Part shown: piece by piece, positions 8,561 through 18,431 of the stretch
How the letters are laid out: each line of letters opens with the position of its first letter
Numbering within the stretch: position 1 is the stretch's first letter
Position numbers and translations under genes: made by a program
Assembly (NCBI GenBank): GCA_003173855.1
Contig: PPGI01000014.1
Location: forward strand, 1-44,771
DNA: 44,771 bases
DNA from: Candidatus Zambryskiibacteriota bacterium
GTDB taxonomy: Bacteria > Patescibacteriota > Minisyncoccia > Phycocordibacterales > DATDWN01
Reading direction: 5' to 3'
The notes under the pieces: model-generated
What the model was told of the DNA's origin: nothing
Seen by the model: the letters and a program-made list of their open reading frames with translations, nothing else
Database searches by the model: none

Positions 8561-9835
8561 ATGAAAAACATAACTAACTTCTTAAAGCATCCGGCTGGAA
8601 TTGCCACTTCAGTTGGAGTGATCGGTGCAGTGGCATTGTTCGGTGCTATTCTTGCTCACGCTCAAGTAACACCAACTGTTAGCTCATCGATTCATGATGG
8701 AAGTCATACTGTTATAAGTACAGCCCTAATCGGTTCAAATGTTCATGATAACGCAAACGTAGCCTCAACTTCTGGACCAACACCAACAGGAACAGTTGAT
8801 TTTACTCTTTACTCGAACACAAGCTGTTCAGGAACTGCATCAAGTACACAAAGTGCAGTTGGTCTAAACTCTGGCGGATCTGCAGAATCAGGAACTACGA
8901 CAATTACTAGCACAGGCCTCTCATACAAGGTCCATTATAACGGCCAGGGAGATGTTTATGCTCCGACAGATGGTCCATGTGAGCCACTATTTGCTACATC
9001 TAATTCTGTAACGATCTTAGGAACACTATCATCAACTACAGTTTTAGCTGGAACATCAGTTACAGAAAGTGCAATTCTAAATAACTCTACAGCAAATGCT
9101 ACAGGAACAGTCGCTTACAGATACTTTACTGACAATGGTTGTACTTCAAACCAAATTCTAGTTAATTCTGTAACAGTATTGGATGCCACAGTTCCAACTT
9201 CAAACTCTGTTCAATTCAATACTCCAGGTACATTCTATTGGAGAGCAAGCTATTCAGGAGATCAATACAATAACTCTGCTTCAACATTATGTCTTCCAGT
9301 TCAAGTTCTAGCTACATCAACACCTCCAACACCTACACCAACCCCAACTCCTCCGCCTTCTGGAACTGGAAGTATCTCAGGAACAGTTTACAGTGATGTA
9401 AACCACAATCTAATAAATGACACTGGAGATGTTGGACTTGCCGGCTTTACCATTAACCTCTACGGTGGAATGGGATGGTGGAAAATGAACCATCTTCCAG
9501 TAGCCTCAACAGCTACAGACTCGAATGGAAATTACAGTTTCGGAAATCTTGCTGCAGGTACTTACTCAATCGAAGAAGTAAACAAAGCAGGTTGGATTCA
9601 GTTAACGGGTGATTACAAAGGAGTAGTTCTTGCCTCAAGCACATCAATAACCGGAAAAGATTTCGCTAACGCTTCAACGACAAATACACACAAAGATAAA
9701 GGAAATCATTTCGGTGAGTTCTTCAAGAAATTCGGAAAGCAGTTCAAGGATTTCTGGAAGCACCAAAATAAAGAATTGAAAAAGTTAGATCATGGAAATA
9801 AGAAAGGTGATGGTGATAACGATGACGACGACTAA
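8561..9835 (+). CDS. secreted Ser/Thr-rich protein with Ig-like repeats and SdrD-B-like domain
   Basis: Signal peptide (AHA-Q), Cys-paired Ig-like repeats, 'SISGTVY.D.N......GD.GLAG.TI.L...TDSNGNYSF.NL..GTY'. Confidence 0.82.
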   Translation: MKNITNFLKHPAGIATSVGVIGAVALFGAILAHAQVTPTVSSSIHDGSHTVISTALIGSNVHDNANVASTSGPTPTGTVDFTLYSNTSCSGTASSTQSAVGLNSGGSAESGTTTITSTGLSYKVHYNGQGDVYAPTDGPCEPLFATSNSVTILGTLSSTTVLAGTSVTESAILNNSTANATGTVAYRYFTDNGCTSNQILVNSVTVLDATVPTSNSVQFNTPGTFYWRASYSGDQYNNSASTLCLPVQVLATSTPPTPTPTPTPPPSGTGSISGTVYSDVNHNLINDTGDVGLAGFTINLYGGMGWWKMNHLPVASTATDSNGNYSFGNLAAGTYSIEEVNKAGWIQLTGDYKGVVLASSTSITGKDFANASTTNTHKDKGNHFGEFFKKFGKQFKDFWKHQNKELKKLDHGNKKGDGDNDDDD

Positions 9836-9875
9836 ATAACCCTACAAAATGGCCCTAAAATAGGGCTATTTTGTT

Positions 9876-9901
9876 GTAACAATTAAACTAACCAAAACGT
9901 C
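9876..9901 (+). promoter_or_regulatory. putative ECF-sigma promoter GTAAC-N17-CGTC
   Basis: Immediately after terminator 9844-9874 and upstream of the 9956/10238 secreted proteins. Confidence 0.45.
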
Positions 9902-9955
9902 TTTCATTAATGTGAAGGTATGGTAAAATCAAGAATTATTCGATAATTAAAAATT

Positions 9956-10228
9956 ATGGCGAAATATGTAATTGGACTTGTAGTAATTGCCGCAGTAGCT
10001 TTTGGATGGTGGCATTGGCAGTCTAAACAACCATCAAAAGTTGCCGAAACACAAACAACAAATACGCAAAATCAAACAAATGGAACAAATGTTGCGTCAA
10101 GCATTAATGCAAACACTTCTTTCGATCAGGATCTCTCTACAATAGATACACACATGAATGCAGTTGATAATAGTAGAACATCGGTCGACCAGAGCTTCAA
10201 TGATAAGCCAGTTCAACAAACAGAATAA
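9956..10228 (+). CDS. small membrane-anchored protein
   Basis: N-terminal TM with a Thr/Asn-rich body. Confidence 0.75.
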   Translation: MAKYVIGLVVIAAVAFGWWHWQSKQPSKVAETQTTNTQNQTNGTNVASSINANTSFDQDLSTIDTHMNAVDNSRTSVDQSFNDKPVQQTE

Positions 10229-10237
10229 TAAACGAAT

Positions 10238-11047
10238 ATGAAAAATATAGTTAAAATTTCTAGTGTTCTTGTACTTAGCTCGATGCTTATCCTTCCATTT
10301 GCCGCTTATGCGTTGGATGTAAACGCAACTGTTAATGCAAATGCACAAGTTGGTGGAACAAACACTACTGTTGATGCAAAACTTCAAACAAGAATTGATA
10401 CTGCAAAAGACAGGGCAAATAAAGAAATCGATCGGCGAATTGATGCTCTAAATACTCTAACTTCGCGAGTTGGAGAACTAAAACGACTGACGGCGGACGA
10501 GAAAACAAATATTTCAGCAGCATTGTCTAACCAAATTACACTTTTGACTAATTTGAAGACAAAAATTGCAGCAGACACAGATATTACAACCCTGAAAGCT
10601 GATATAAAATCAATTACACAATCATACAGAATCTTTTTGGTTGTCTTGCCACAAGGTAGAATTGCTGCAGCTGCTGATGAAATAAATACAACTGCTGACC
10701 TTTTTGCAACACTTAGCGCAAAAATTCAGGCAAAAATTACAGACGCTCAAAATGCTGGTAAAGATGTTTCAAGCTTGAACACTTTGCTTACCGAGGCAAC
10801 AGCAAAAGTTGCTGATTCGAAGATCCAAGCTGATGCTTCAGTAGCGCACACTGCAAATTTGAAACCAGACAACGGTGATCAAGCTGTGATGAAAGCAAAC
10901 AATGATGCATTTAAAATGGCGCGTTCTGATTTAAAAATTGCTCACGAGGATCTAGTAACCGCTCGACAAGATGTTCAAAAAATCATTGTTCAACTCCGCC
11001 AATGGAATGTAGGGGCAAATGCGACAACAACGACAACAGTTCACTAA
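10238..11047 (+). CDS. secreted alpha-helical/coiled-coil protein
   Basis: Signal peptide (AYA-L), heptad-rich helices; terminator near 11065-11098. Confidence 0.8.
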   Translation: MKNIVKISSVLVLSSMLILPFAAYALDVNATVNANAQVGGTNTTVDAKLQTRIDTAKDRANKEIDRRIDALNTLTSRVGELKRLTADEKTNISAALSNQITLLTNLKTKIAADTDITTLKADIKSITQSYRIFLVVLPQGRIAAAADEINTTADLFATLSAKIQAKITDAQNAGKDVSSLNTLLTEATAKVADSKIQADASVAHTANLKPDNGDQAVMKANNDAFKMARSDLKIAHEDLVTARQDVQKIIVQLRQWNVGANATTTTTVH

Positions 11048-11151
11048 TCTCAGGTTTCTCTAATAACAAAAGCCATGATCAAACATGGTTTTTGTTTTGT
11101 AAATTATTTCAATAATTAATTTATCATACGATATTCCGTATGAAATAGAAG

Positions 11152-11171
11152 TACTGCGATATATCGAAGTA
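11152..11171. repeat. 20-bp palindrome copy 2 (one mismatch)
   Basis: TACTGCGATATATCGAAGTA. Confidence 0.75.
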
Positions 11172-11243
11172 TCCAAACAACAGAATTAATTGCAATTATC
11201 TCGATTTTTAGTAGGCTGGAACCAGACTGCACATTTACAGGAG

Positions 11244-11978
11244 ATGATGATGAGTGGAAGACCGTCAGACTACCTAGTTGTGGCGGCCGACTCATATCCT
11301 ATTATTAGGACTGATCGTCATCGCTACACATACAAGAATCTGGTAACAGAACTTGTCGAGAAACTCAAACGAACAAATGTAACAATCAAAGTTGGCCCTG
11401 TTCTTCGAGCAATTGGGTATGATCTGATAAATCTTATCCATTTCCAGAACATGAGAGTCTTTGCCGATCTTAAGCTTGTCGATATTAAGAACACTCTTGA
11501 ACTTGATGGAGTGTTGCTTAATGAGGCAAGACCTGAAATGATCACCGTCTACAGTGATACAACTGTTGAGGCAATGAAAATTCTGAAGCTTTGGTTGCCC
11601 GACACAAAAGTTCTTGGTGTCACGGTAATGACTGATTCAGAGGTTCTAAGTGAGGACCACCTCATTTCGAGAGTAAGAAAGGTAAGACTTGCTGGTATTT
11701 CAGAACTTGTGGCATCTGCATATGAGATACCGCTTATCACGAGGCACTTCAGTAACTACTTTAGTGTTAGTACTCCCGGAGTGCGGCTGCAAGGAGTTGT
11801 TGTGCCTGGTGATGATCAAAATCCAAAACGAGTGATGACTCCGTTCGAAGCAATCCAAGCTGGTGCAAATAGGATCATCGTAGGTCGGCCAGTAACGATG
11901 TCAAACAATCCGTACGACACAGTCATGCGGATTCTTGAAGAAATCCAAGTTGGACTCAAAGAGTTCGGAAGGGATTGA
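11244..11978 (+). CDS. pyrF: orotidine-5'-phosphate decarboxylase (divergent)
   Basis: DLKLVDIKNT (DxKxxDIxxT), TPGVR, DDQ..R..TP, VGRP; AGGAG at 11239 (start ATG 11244-11250). Confidence 0.88.
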   Translation: MMMSGRPSDYLVVAADSYPIIRTDRHRYTYKNLVTELVEKLKRTNVTIKVGPVLRAIGYDLINLIHFQNMRVFADLKLVDIKNTLELDGVLLNEARPEMITVYSDTTVEAMKILKLWLPDTKVLGVTVMTDSEVLSEDHLISRVRKVRLAGISELVASAYEIPLITRHFSNYFSVSTPGVRLQGVVVPGDDQNPKRVMTPFEAIQAGANRIIVGRPVTMSNNPYDTVMRILEEIQVGLKEFGRD

Positions 11979-11981
11979 GTA

Positions 11982-12617
11982 ATGCAGCCAATGAGTGAGC
12001 AAGAAGTTCATGATCGAATACGCAAAACTGGAGCTTTACTTGATGGCCACTTTAGATATGCGGCAAACAAGCACGGTTCAAAGTATGTGGATAAATACAA
12101 AATTTATCCACATACAAGATTAATCTATTTGCTATGCAAAGAAATTGCAGATAGATTTGCGTTTGTAACCAGTATTGATACTGTAGTAGCGCCAGAAAAA
12201 GGAGGAATAATTCTTTCTCATTCAGTTGGATTTAGTTTGACAATGCGAGTGGGAAGAGAAGTTTGTAGTGTCTTTGCAGAAAAAAAGAGAACAATAGACG
12301 ACTTTGAATTTGCTCATGGTTTTTCAAAGTTTGTTAACGATAAAAATGTTCTTGTTGTAGAAGATACAATCAACTCCGGTAAAACTTCAAGAAAAATCAT
12401 CCAACTTGTCAGAGAATATGGAGGCAGAGTTATTGGTCTTGGTGCAATTTGGAATCTAGGAGGTGTTACGGCCGCGGATCTTGAAATCCCAATACTCTCA
12501 TCTCTTGTAAACATTGCTTTCAAATCTTGGAAAGCAATGGATTGTCCATTGTGTGCTCAAGGTGTTCCTATAAATTTTGAGGTCGGCAGAGGACCTCTGG
12601 GCTTCGAGGCTCGCTAA
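11982..12617 (+). CDS. pyrE: orotate phosphoribosyltransferase
   Basis: 'GHF......H...YVDK', PRPP motif VLVVEDTINSG, C-terminal CPLC; terminator at 12607-12640. Confidence 0.85.
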   Translation: MQPMSEQEVHDRIRKTGALLDGHFRYAANKHGSKYVDKYKIYPHTRLIYLLCKEIADRFAFVTSIDTVVAPEKGGIILSHSVGFSLTMRVGREVCSVFAEKKRTIDDFEFAHGFSKFVNDKNVLVVEDTINSGKTSRKIIQLVREYGGRVIGLGAIWNLGGVTAADLEIPILSSLVNIAFKSWKAMDCPLCAQGVPINFEVGRGPLGFEAR

Positions 12618-12664
12618 GTATGGCGAGCCTTTCATTTTTAATTCGATTAATTTACAATTTTGTT

Positions 12665-13285
12665 ATGAATAGTTTTCAAACTCTTGCAGACGATATTACA
12701 ATCGAGAAAGTTATATCTGGATTAAAAGATCGAAATATTGAAGGCATTGTTGTTAATACTAGATCTGAAGCTTTGGAGAAAATAAAATCTTTAATTCCTC
12801 CCGGAGTTTCTGTGATGAGTGGTGCTTCACGAACTTTAGAGGAAATTGGTTACATCGAATATTTGAAATCTGGCCAACACGGCTGGAAAAATCTAAAAGA
12901 AGATATTTTAGCCGAAAAAGATCCGGTAAAACAAGGAGAACTTCGCAAAACTTCTGTGCTTTCTGACTATTATTTAGGAAGTGTTCACGCGTTAGTTAGC
13001 GACGGGCAAATGATTATTGCTTCAAATTCCGGGAGTCAGTTGCCGCATTTAGTTTTTACATCAAAAAATATTATTTTGGTTGTCAGTAGTCAGAAAATTA
13101 CTCAAACTTTTGAAGACGGCATGAGACGACTTGAAGAATATGTTTATCCTCTGGAAAACAAGCGTATGAAAGAGACAGGAGCAGCTGGAAGTGCTATATC
13201 AAAAATATTAATCTTTAGAAGAGAACCACCATTTTTAAAAAGATTAGTTCATGTAATTATTGTAAAAGAGAAGCTCGGTTTTTAG
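12665..13285 (+). CDS. LUD domain (lactate utilization-like) protein
   Basis: 'IP.G.SV..GAS.TL', 'D.YLGSV.AL..DG....AS.SGSQL', 'V....KI'. Confidence 0.85.
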   Translation: MNSFQTLADDITIEKVISGLKDRNIEGIVVNTRSEALEKIKSLIPPGVSVMSGASRTLEEIGYIEYLKSGQHGWKNLKEDILAEKDPVKQGELRKTSVLSDYYLGSVHALVSDGQMIIASNSGSQLPHLVFTSKNIILVVSSQKITQTFEDGMRRLEEYVYPLENKRMKETGAAGSAISKILIFRREPPFLKRLVHVIIVKEKLGF

Positions 13286-13324
13286 AATTAAGCAAAGATT
13301 AATTTTGTACTGTATAGTATATTG

Positions 13325-13906
13325 ATGAATTCCGAGCCCCAACTTACTGACGAGACGGTGGCCAAGCTTGTACAAGAAGGTGATATCGACAAGTTTGGCA
13401 TATTGATGGAACGCTATGGGGCGAAACTGTTTCGTTATGGCAAAAAGTTTCTTTCAAACGAGGATAATATCGAGGATGTGGTTCAGGATGTTTTTATAAA
13501 AACATTTGAGAATATAAAAAGCTTTGATACCAAACAGCGATTTTCCCCGTGGATTTATCGCATTGCTCACAACACATACATCAATGCTTTGAAAAAAAAT
13601 TCGATTGGTCCGATGTATTTGTTTGATTTCGATACCTTGCTTGCCCACACTGTAACCGATGAATCAATTTCAAAAGAAGCAGAGGAAAAAGAAATGAAGG
13701 AGATTGTCGAAAAAGGATTATCAAAAATAGAGCCGAAATATCGGGAGATACTTGTTTTGTACTATATTGAGGACTTGAGTTATAAAGAAATAGCTGAAGT
13801 TCTTCATATTCCGGTCGGTACAGTCGGAGTAAGAATTATGCGGGCGAAAGAATTGTTAAAGGAGAAATATAAGGAATTGGGAATTGATATAAACAAACAT
13901 GAATGA
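13325..13906 (+). CDS. ECF RNA polymerase sigma factor
   Basis: Region 2 'EDVVQDVFIK....F..WIYRIA.N'; region 4 'LSYKEIAEVL.IPVGTV...I.RA'. Confidence 0.95.
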   Translation: MNSEPQLTDETVAKLVQEGDIDKFGILMERYGAKLFRYGKKFLSNEDNIEDVVQDVFIKTFENIKSFDTKQRFSPWIYRIAHNTYINALKKNSIGPMYLFDFDTLLAHTVTDESISKEAEEKEMKEIVEKGLSKIEPKYREILVLYYIEDLSYKEIAEVLHIPVGTVGVRIMRAKELLKEKYKELGIDINKHE

Positions 13907-14600
13907 GCAACTAAAAGATCAAGTTTTGAGAAAAATTGAGGAGGGCAAGATTTCGATGAAGCCGAAAGCTTATTTCGTATTTAAAGTAATACTCCTCGGC
14001 ACAATTACTGTGATTACATTCATTATTACTGCTGTTCTTGTGAGTTACATTATTTTTAGCCTCAAAACTGGCGGACATTTGTTTTTATTGGGTTTTGGTG
14101 CAAGAGGAATTTATAAATTTCTGCTCTTATTCCCTTGGGTTTTGTTTATAATTGATGCAATTTTACTTTTGTTCTTGGATTGGCTATTAAAACAATTTAA
14201 ATTTGGTTATCACAGCCCCATTATCTATTTATTTTTAGTCAGCTTGGCTTTGATTACCGTTTTCGGGTCATTGATAGATGTTACATCATTTCATCGGGGA
14301 CTTCTTCGCGAAGCTGAAGCAAGCAAACTGCCATTTGCAGGAGGTTTGTATGACGGTTTAAGAAAATCTCATCGAAAAATTGGTATATTCATGGGCGAGG
14401 TCACAAGCGTATCAACGAGCACATTTTTTATGGATTATGATGATTATGATACTCCTTGGCCAGACGGAAATATTGAAGTTATTGCCCCCACTGGATTTCA
14501 CGTTATCCTTGTACCAAAAGATGAAGTTTTTGTAGCTGGGGACATGATAAATGGGGAAATCCATGCTTATGGAATTAGAAAAATTGTCGGTAACGACTAA
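13899..14600 (+). CDS. membrane protein, probable anti-sigma factor
   Basis: Overlaps the ECF stop codon; 3 TM helices and a C-terminal OB-like extracytoplasmic domain. Confidence 0.65.
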   Translation: MNEQLKDQVLRKIEEGKISMKPKAYFVFKVILLGTITVITFIITAVLVSYIIFSLKTGGHLFLLGFGARGIYKFLLLFPWVLFIIDAILLLFLDWLLKQFKFGYHSPIIYLFLVSLALITVFGSLIDVTSFHRGLLREAEASKLPFAGGLYDGLRKSHRKIGIFMGEVTSVSTSTFFMDYDDYDTPWPDGNIEVIAPTGFHVILVPKDEVFVAGDMINGEIHAYGIRKIVGND

Positions 14601-14659
14601 ATATTGTCTAATGAAGCCGAGATGAAATAAAGTCTAAATTTAATCGGTATTTATAATTG

Positions 14660-15028
14660 ATGAAGAAAAAATATTATAAGGGCTGGAAGAAAATGCATAA
14701 AAAGTTGATTGCAGGAGCTGGAACGGGACTTATGGCCGGAATGCTGCTTATGGGTACAGCTAACACTGCTTTTGCAGAAACTGATTACCAAGCGCCATAT
14801 TCACAACAAACAAACGCTACAGGAATGCATATAATGCATCGCTGGAATTCTGGAACAAAAGCAGCTTCTCTTGCAACTAGCCTCGGTCTTGATCCGGTAC
14901 AGGTTAAACAAGAAATGGCTTCAGGAAAAAGCTTAAAGCAAATATTAGCTGACAATGGAATTGTTCCTGGTCAAATACAGAGAGCCTTTGAAAAAACTAG
15001 GAAAATTCGTAATAATAGAAAGTGGTAA
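14660..15028 (+). CDS. secreted hypothetical protein
   Basis: Signal peptide (AFA-E), 'LA..LG.....V.....GKSL.QI....G' motif. Confidence 0.7.
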   Translation: MKKKYYKGWKKMHKKLIAGAGTGLMAGMLLMGTANTAFAETDYQAPYSQQTNATGMHIMHRWNSGTKAASLATSLGLDPVQVKQEMASGKSLKQILADNGIVPGQIQRAFEKTRKIRNNRKW

Positions 15029-15050
15029 GCATTAGAATAGGTCGATATGA

Positions 15051-15159
15051 ATCCCGTTAGAAATAACGGAAACTAGTACGTATGAAGGTCGAATTACCAC
15101 GAAATAATAAATTTAGGGTCTTCGAAATCGAATTTGAAGTTTCCTATTTCTAACGGGAT
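15051..15159. mobile_element. MITE-like element with ATCCCGTTAGAAATA terminal inverted repeats
   Basis: ATCCCGTTAGAAATAacGGAAACT ... AGTTTCC-TATTTCTAACGGGAT; degenerate short relative at 4883-4917. Confidence 0.7.
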
Positions 15160-15628
15160 GAAAAAAGCTATTTTAAGTGCGATTGTGGTAATCGCATTTG
15201 GTGGATATTATTTTTTTAAAAAAATAAGTGCACAAGATGTGCCGCTAACTCCTATTTCAGAAACGCCTACGCCAACCTCAATTGAACCAAATCCAACTCA
15301 ATTGCCAATACCAGTTCCGACTCCTACACCCGAACCAACAGGTCAATATAAAAACGGATCATATACCGGGAATTCAATCAATTTCTTTTACGGAACAATG
15401 CAGGTCAGGGCTATAATTTCTGGCGGTAAATTAACTGATGTAAAATTTTTAAAATATCCAAATGACAGGCCAACATCAGTTGAAATAAACACTCAAGCTA
15501 TGCCGATTCTAAAATCTGAAGCCATTAAATCTCAAACAGCCAATGTTGACATAGTTTCTGGGGCAACTGATAGCACAATCGCATTTAATGAATCTCTTGG
15601 ATCAGCACTTCAAATTGCAAAAAATTAG
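15158..15628 (+). CDS. membrane-anchored FMN-binding (flavinylated) protein
   Basis: 'YKNGSYTG', 'VDIVSGATDST' [S/T]GA[S/T] flavinylation motif. Confidence 0.92.
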   Translation: MKKAILSAIVVIAFGGYYFFKKISAQDVPLTPISETPTPTSIEPNPTQLPIPVPTPTPEPTGQYKNGSYTGNSINFFYGTMQVRAIISGGKLTDVKFLKYPNDRPTSVEINTQAMPILKSEAIKSQTANVDIVSGATDSTIAFNESLGSALQIAKN

Positions 15629-15630
15629 CC

Positions 15631-16374
15631 ATGAAAGAGACTAGAAGTCTGATGGGAATGACAATTACACTCGAGATTGTTGATCCTGGTGTCCACGATG
15701 ATTCAATAAATAAAGTCTTTGAATATTTAAAGTGCATTGATGAAAAATTTAGTACCTACAAAGAAACAAGTGAAATCAGTGCAATAAATCGTGGAGAAAT
15801 TGAAATACAAAATTCCAGTTCAGACATGGAAACTATTTTTTATTTGGCAAATGAAACAAAAATAGAAACAAATGGATATTTTGATATTAAAAAACCAGAT
15901 GGAAAATTTGATCCGTCTGGAATTGTCAAAGGCTGGGCAATTTACAATGCTTCGCAAATTTTAAATTATCTGGGACATAAAAATTTTTACATTGATTTGG
16001 GTGGAGATATCCAGACTTATGGAAAAAATAAAAAAAAAGAAGATTGGAAACTTGGTATTCGAGATCCATGGAAACACGAAAATATTGTTAAAACTGTAAG
16101 TGGTAAGAATTTAGCCATGGCTACTTCGGGAACATATGAAAGAGGTAATCATATTTACAATCCAAAAACAAAAGAAAATAATTTTGACATTGTTAGCTTT
16201 TCGGTTATTGGTCCAGATATTTTTGAAGCTGACAGATTTGCTACAGCTGCATTTGCAATGGGCAGAGAGGGTATTAATTTTATCGAAAATCTAGTTGGCT
16301 TCGAGGGTTATATGATAGATAATAAAGGAATCGCAACGGAAACATCAGGATTTAAAAACTATGTTAAATATTAA
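15631..16374 (+). CDS. apbE: FAD:protein FMN transferase (ApbE family)
   Basis: 'FSTY...SEIS.IN', 'DPSGIVKGWA', 'GGDI', 'ATSGTYERG.HI.NP', 'AD..ATA'. Confidence 0.93.
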   Translation: MKETRSLMGMTITLEIVDPGVHDDSINKVFEYLKCIDEKFSTYKETSEISAINRGEIEIQNSSSDMETIFYLANETKIETNGYFDIKKPDGKFDPSGIVKGWAIYNASQILNYLGHKNFYIDLGGDIQTYGKNKKKEDWKLGIRDPWKHENIVKTVSGKNLAMATSGTYERGNHIYNPKTKENNFDIVSFSVIGPDIFEADRFATAAFAMGREGINFIENLVGFEGYMIDNKGIATETSGFKNYVKY

Positions 16375-16450
16375 TCTCTTTTCGAGATGTGGGTTCGAAT
16401 TTAGCAAAAAATTATTCCGGCGATGAAAAAGTTATGGTGAATAAGAGATT
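16373..16450 (-). repeat. dispersed repeat family B, partial or composite copy
   Basis: Right part is the reverse complement of AATCTCTT.TTCACCATAACTTTTTCATCGCCGGAATA, shared with 18985 and 42336. Confidence 0.75.
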
Positions 16451-16459
16451 CGTATCAGA

Positions 16460-17995
16460 ATGAACTTCATAGATAATTTTTTAAACAAAATAACGATGTA
16501 CAGACTCGTGATGTACTATCTCGAAGCATTAATTGCTATTGCTTTGGTATTTTCATTATTTGGGAAAATGAATTTTGGTCCACTTCAATTCATTTTCTCT
16601 TTCTTTTTTATTTTATTTGTTTGTTGGGGAACGAACGAATTATTTTCGCGACTTTTTAAGGTTACTGCAAATGTTGAGTCGTTTTACATTACCGCTTTTA
16701 TTCTTGTCTTAATTATTTCTCCTCTAAAAACTTGGACGGATATTTTCTATTACACTATTGCTTTTTGGGGTTCATTTATGGCAATGGCATCAAAGTATTT
16801 AATTACTATAAAAAAACGTCATATCTTCAATCCTGCGGCTTTTGGAGTGACTATTGTGACTTTAGTTTTTAAAACATCAGCTACTTGGTGGATTGGCAAT
16901 AAGCTTTTAATGCCATTTGTTCTCATCGGTGGACTGCTAATTGTTCGAAAAATTTTACGATCTGATCTTGTTTGGAGTTTTTTCTTTACTGCTTTTATGA
17001 CTATGCTTGCGAGTTTCTTGCCATACCAAAATTTTGGAGCAATTTGGCAAATAGTTCAAAGTATTATTTTTTCAACTCCAATTCTATTCTTTGCATTTAT
17101 AATGGTTACTGAGCCATTTACAACACCAACAAGAATAAATTGGCAAATGGTTTATGGGACGCTCGTTGGATTTCTGTTTGCTCCAGCAATTCATATTGGT
17201 TCACTTTATTCAACACCAGAACTCGCACTTCTCGTCGGAAATATTTTTTCATATTTTGTTAGCTCCAAAGAACGTTTAATTTTAACTTTAAAAGAAAAAA
17301 TAAAAATTTCACCAGATATTTACGATTTTATTTTTACAACTCCGCAAAAAATTCAATTCTTGCCCGGTCAATATCTTGAATGGACTTTGGCTGTAAATAA
17401 ACCTGATCTCCGAGGCAATAGGCGATATTTTACTTTGGCTTCAGCACCAAGTGAAATGGAGAAAAATCAAGAAATGAGGCTTGGAGTTAAATTTTATGAC
17501 AAGCCAAGCACTTTTAAACGTGATCTTCGGGATTTGCCAATTGGTGGAACTATTTTTGCAGGTTCGCTTTCAGGGGAGTTTGTTTTGCCTCGCGACAAGA
17601 ATAAAAAATTGGTTTTTATTGCGGGTGGAATTGGAGTTACTCCTTATCGAGCAATTTTAAAGCAAATGATTGATACCGGGGAGAAGCGAGATATTGTTAT
17701 TTTAAATTCAGTCAAAACTCGAGAAGATATAGTTTATGATGAAATTTTTAAACAAGCAGAGTCTTTAGGTGTAAAAACAATTCATATAGTTAATAATCTG
17801 AAAGATGGAACACAAGAATCAAATATGCGAGCCGGAATACTTAGTGCGGAAATGATTCAAAAAGAAATTCCTGATTATCGTGATCGAACTTTTTATATTT
17901 CTGGCCCACATGGAATGGTTACAGCTTTTGAGAATTTACTAAAGGGAATGGGAGTTAGTGACATTAAGACTGATTTCTTTCCAGGTTTTGTGTGA
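16460..17995 (+). CDS. RnfD/NqrB-like membrane domain fused to an FNR-type FAD/NAD(P)-binding oxidoreductase
   Basis: 'HIFNPAA', 'FAFIM.TEP.TTP' (RnfD-like); 'RYFTLAS', 'IAGGIGVTP', 'YISGP..MV' (FNR family). Confidence 0.88.
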   Translation: MNFIDNFLNKITMYRLVMYYLEALIAIALVFSLFGKMNFGPLQFIFSFFFILFVCWGTNELFSRLFKVTANVESFYITAFILVLIISPLKTWTDIFYYTIAFWGSFMAMASKYLITIKKRHIFNPAAFGVTIVTLVFKTSATWWIGNKLLMPFVLIGGLLIVRKILRSDLVWSFFFTAFMTMLASFLPYQNFGAIWQIVQSIIFSTPILFFAFIMVTEPFTTPTRINWQMVYGTLVGFLFAPAIHIGSLYSTPELALLVGNIFSYFVSSKERLILTLKEKIKISPDIYDFIFTTPQKIQFLPGQYLEWTLAVNKPDLRGNRRYFTLASAPSEMEKNQEMRLGVKFYDKPSTFKRDLRDLPIGGTIFAGSLSGEFVLPRDKNKKLVFIAGGIGVTPYRAILKQMIDTGEKRDIVILNSVKTREDIVYDEIFKQAESLGVKTIHIVNNLKDGTQESNMRAGILSAEMIQKEIPDYRDRTFYISGPHGMVTAFENLLKGMGVSDIKTDFFPGFV

Positions 17996-18007
17996 TAAAA
18001 TAATTAT

Positions 18008-18283
18008 ATGAACCCATTAAATTATATAAACATAAATTCATTCAACCCGATAAATGCCCAAAATCTTTACATTCAGTTCTTGAATTATTTTCCTGCACAG
18101 TATCATCAAGCAGTATCCATTGTTGTGGCATTACTTCTGATTTATACAATCTATCGAATCATCAGGCGTGATTTTATATTCCTTATCGCTCTTGTCATTT
18201 TTATTCCTGCTTCGATTCCAGTTCTTAAGTCTCTTTGGTTTACGATTGTAGATGTAGTTAAGTATCTTCTTCACTACAAATAA
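18008..18283 (+). CDS. small membrane protein
   Basis: 91 aa with 2 hydrophobic helices. Confidence 0.7.
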   Translation: MNPLNYININSFNPINAQNLYIQFLNYFPAQYHQAVSIVVALLLIYTIYRIIRRDFIFLIALVIFIPASIPVLKSLWFTIVDVVKYLLHYK

Positions 18284-18306
18284 TTTCAGAATGTTATAAT
18301 AAGAAT

Positions 18307-18423
18307 CTCAGCGGATTTTTGCACAAAATCAAGGCGGAATGAAAAAATGCTCGGAGCTTTACAAGTGTAAAGTGACGAATATTTTTGAAATTCTAACGCA
18401 GAGATTGAGTAAAAAGACCTGAG
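18307..18423 (+). repeat. long nested hairpin element, family D/E
   Basis: CTCAG...CTGAG outer stem; core AAAATGC..GGAGC-stem-GTGACGA..ATTTTT shared with 28947-29069. Confidence 0.65.
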
Positions 18424-18431
18424 CTAAAAAT

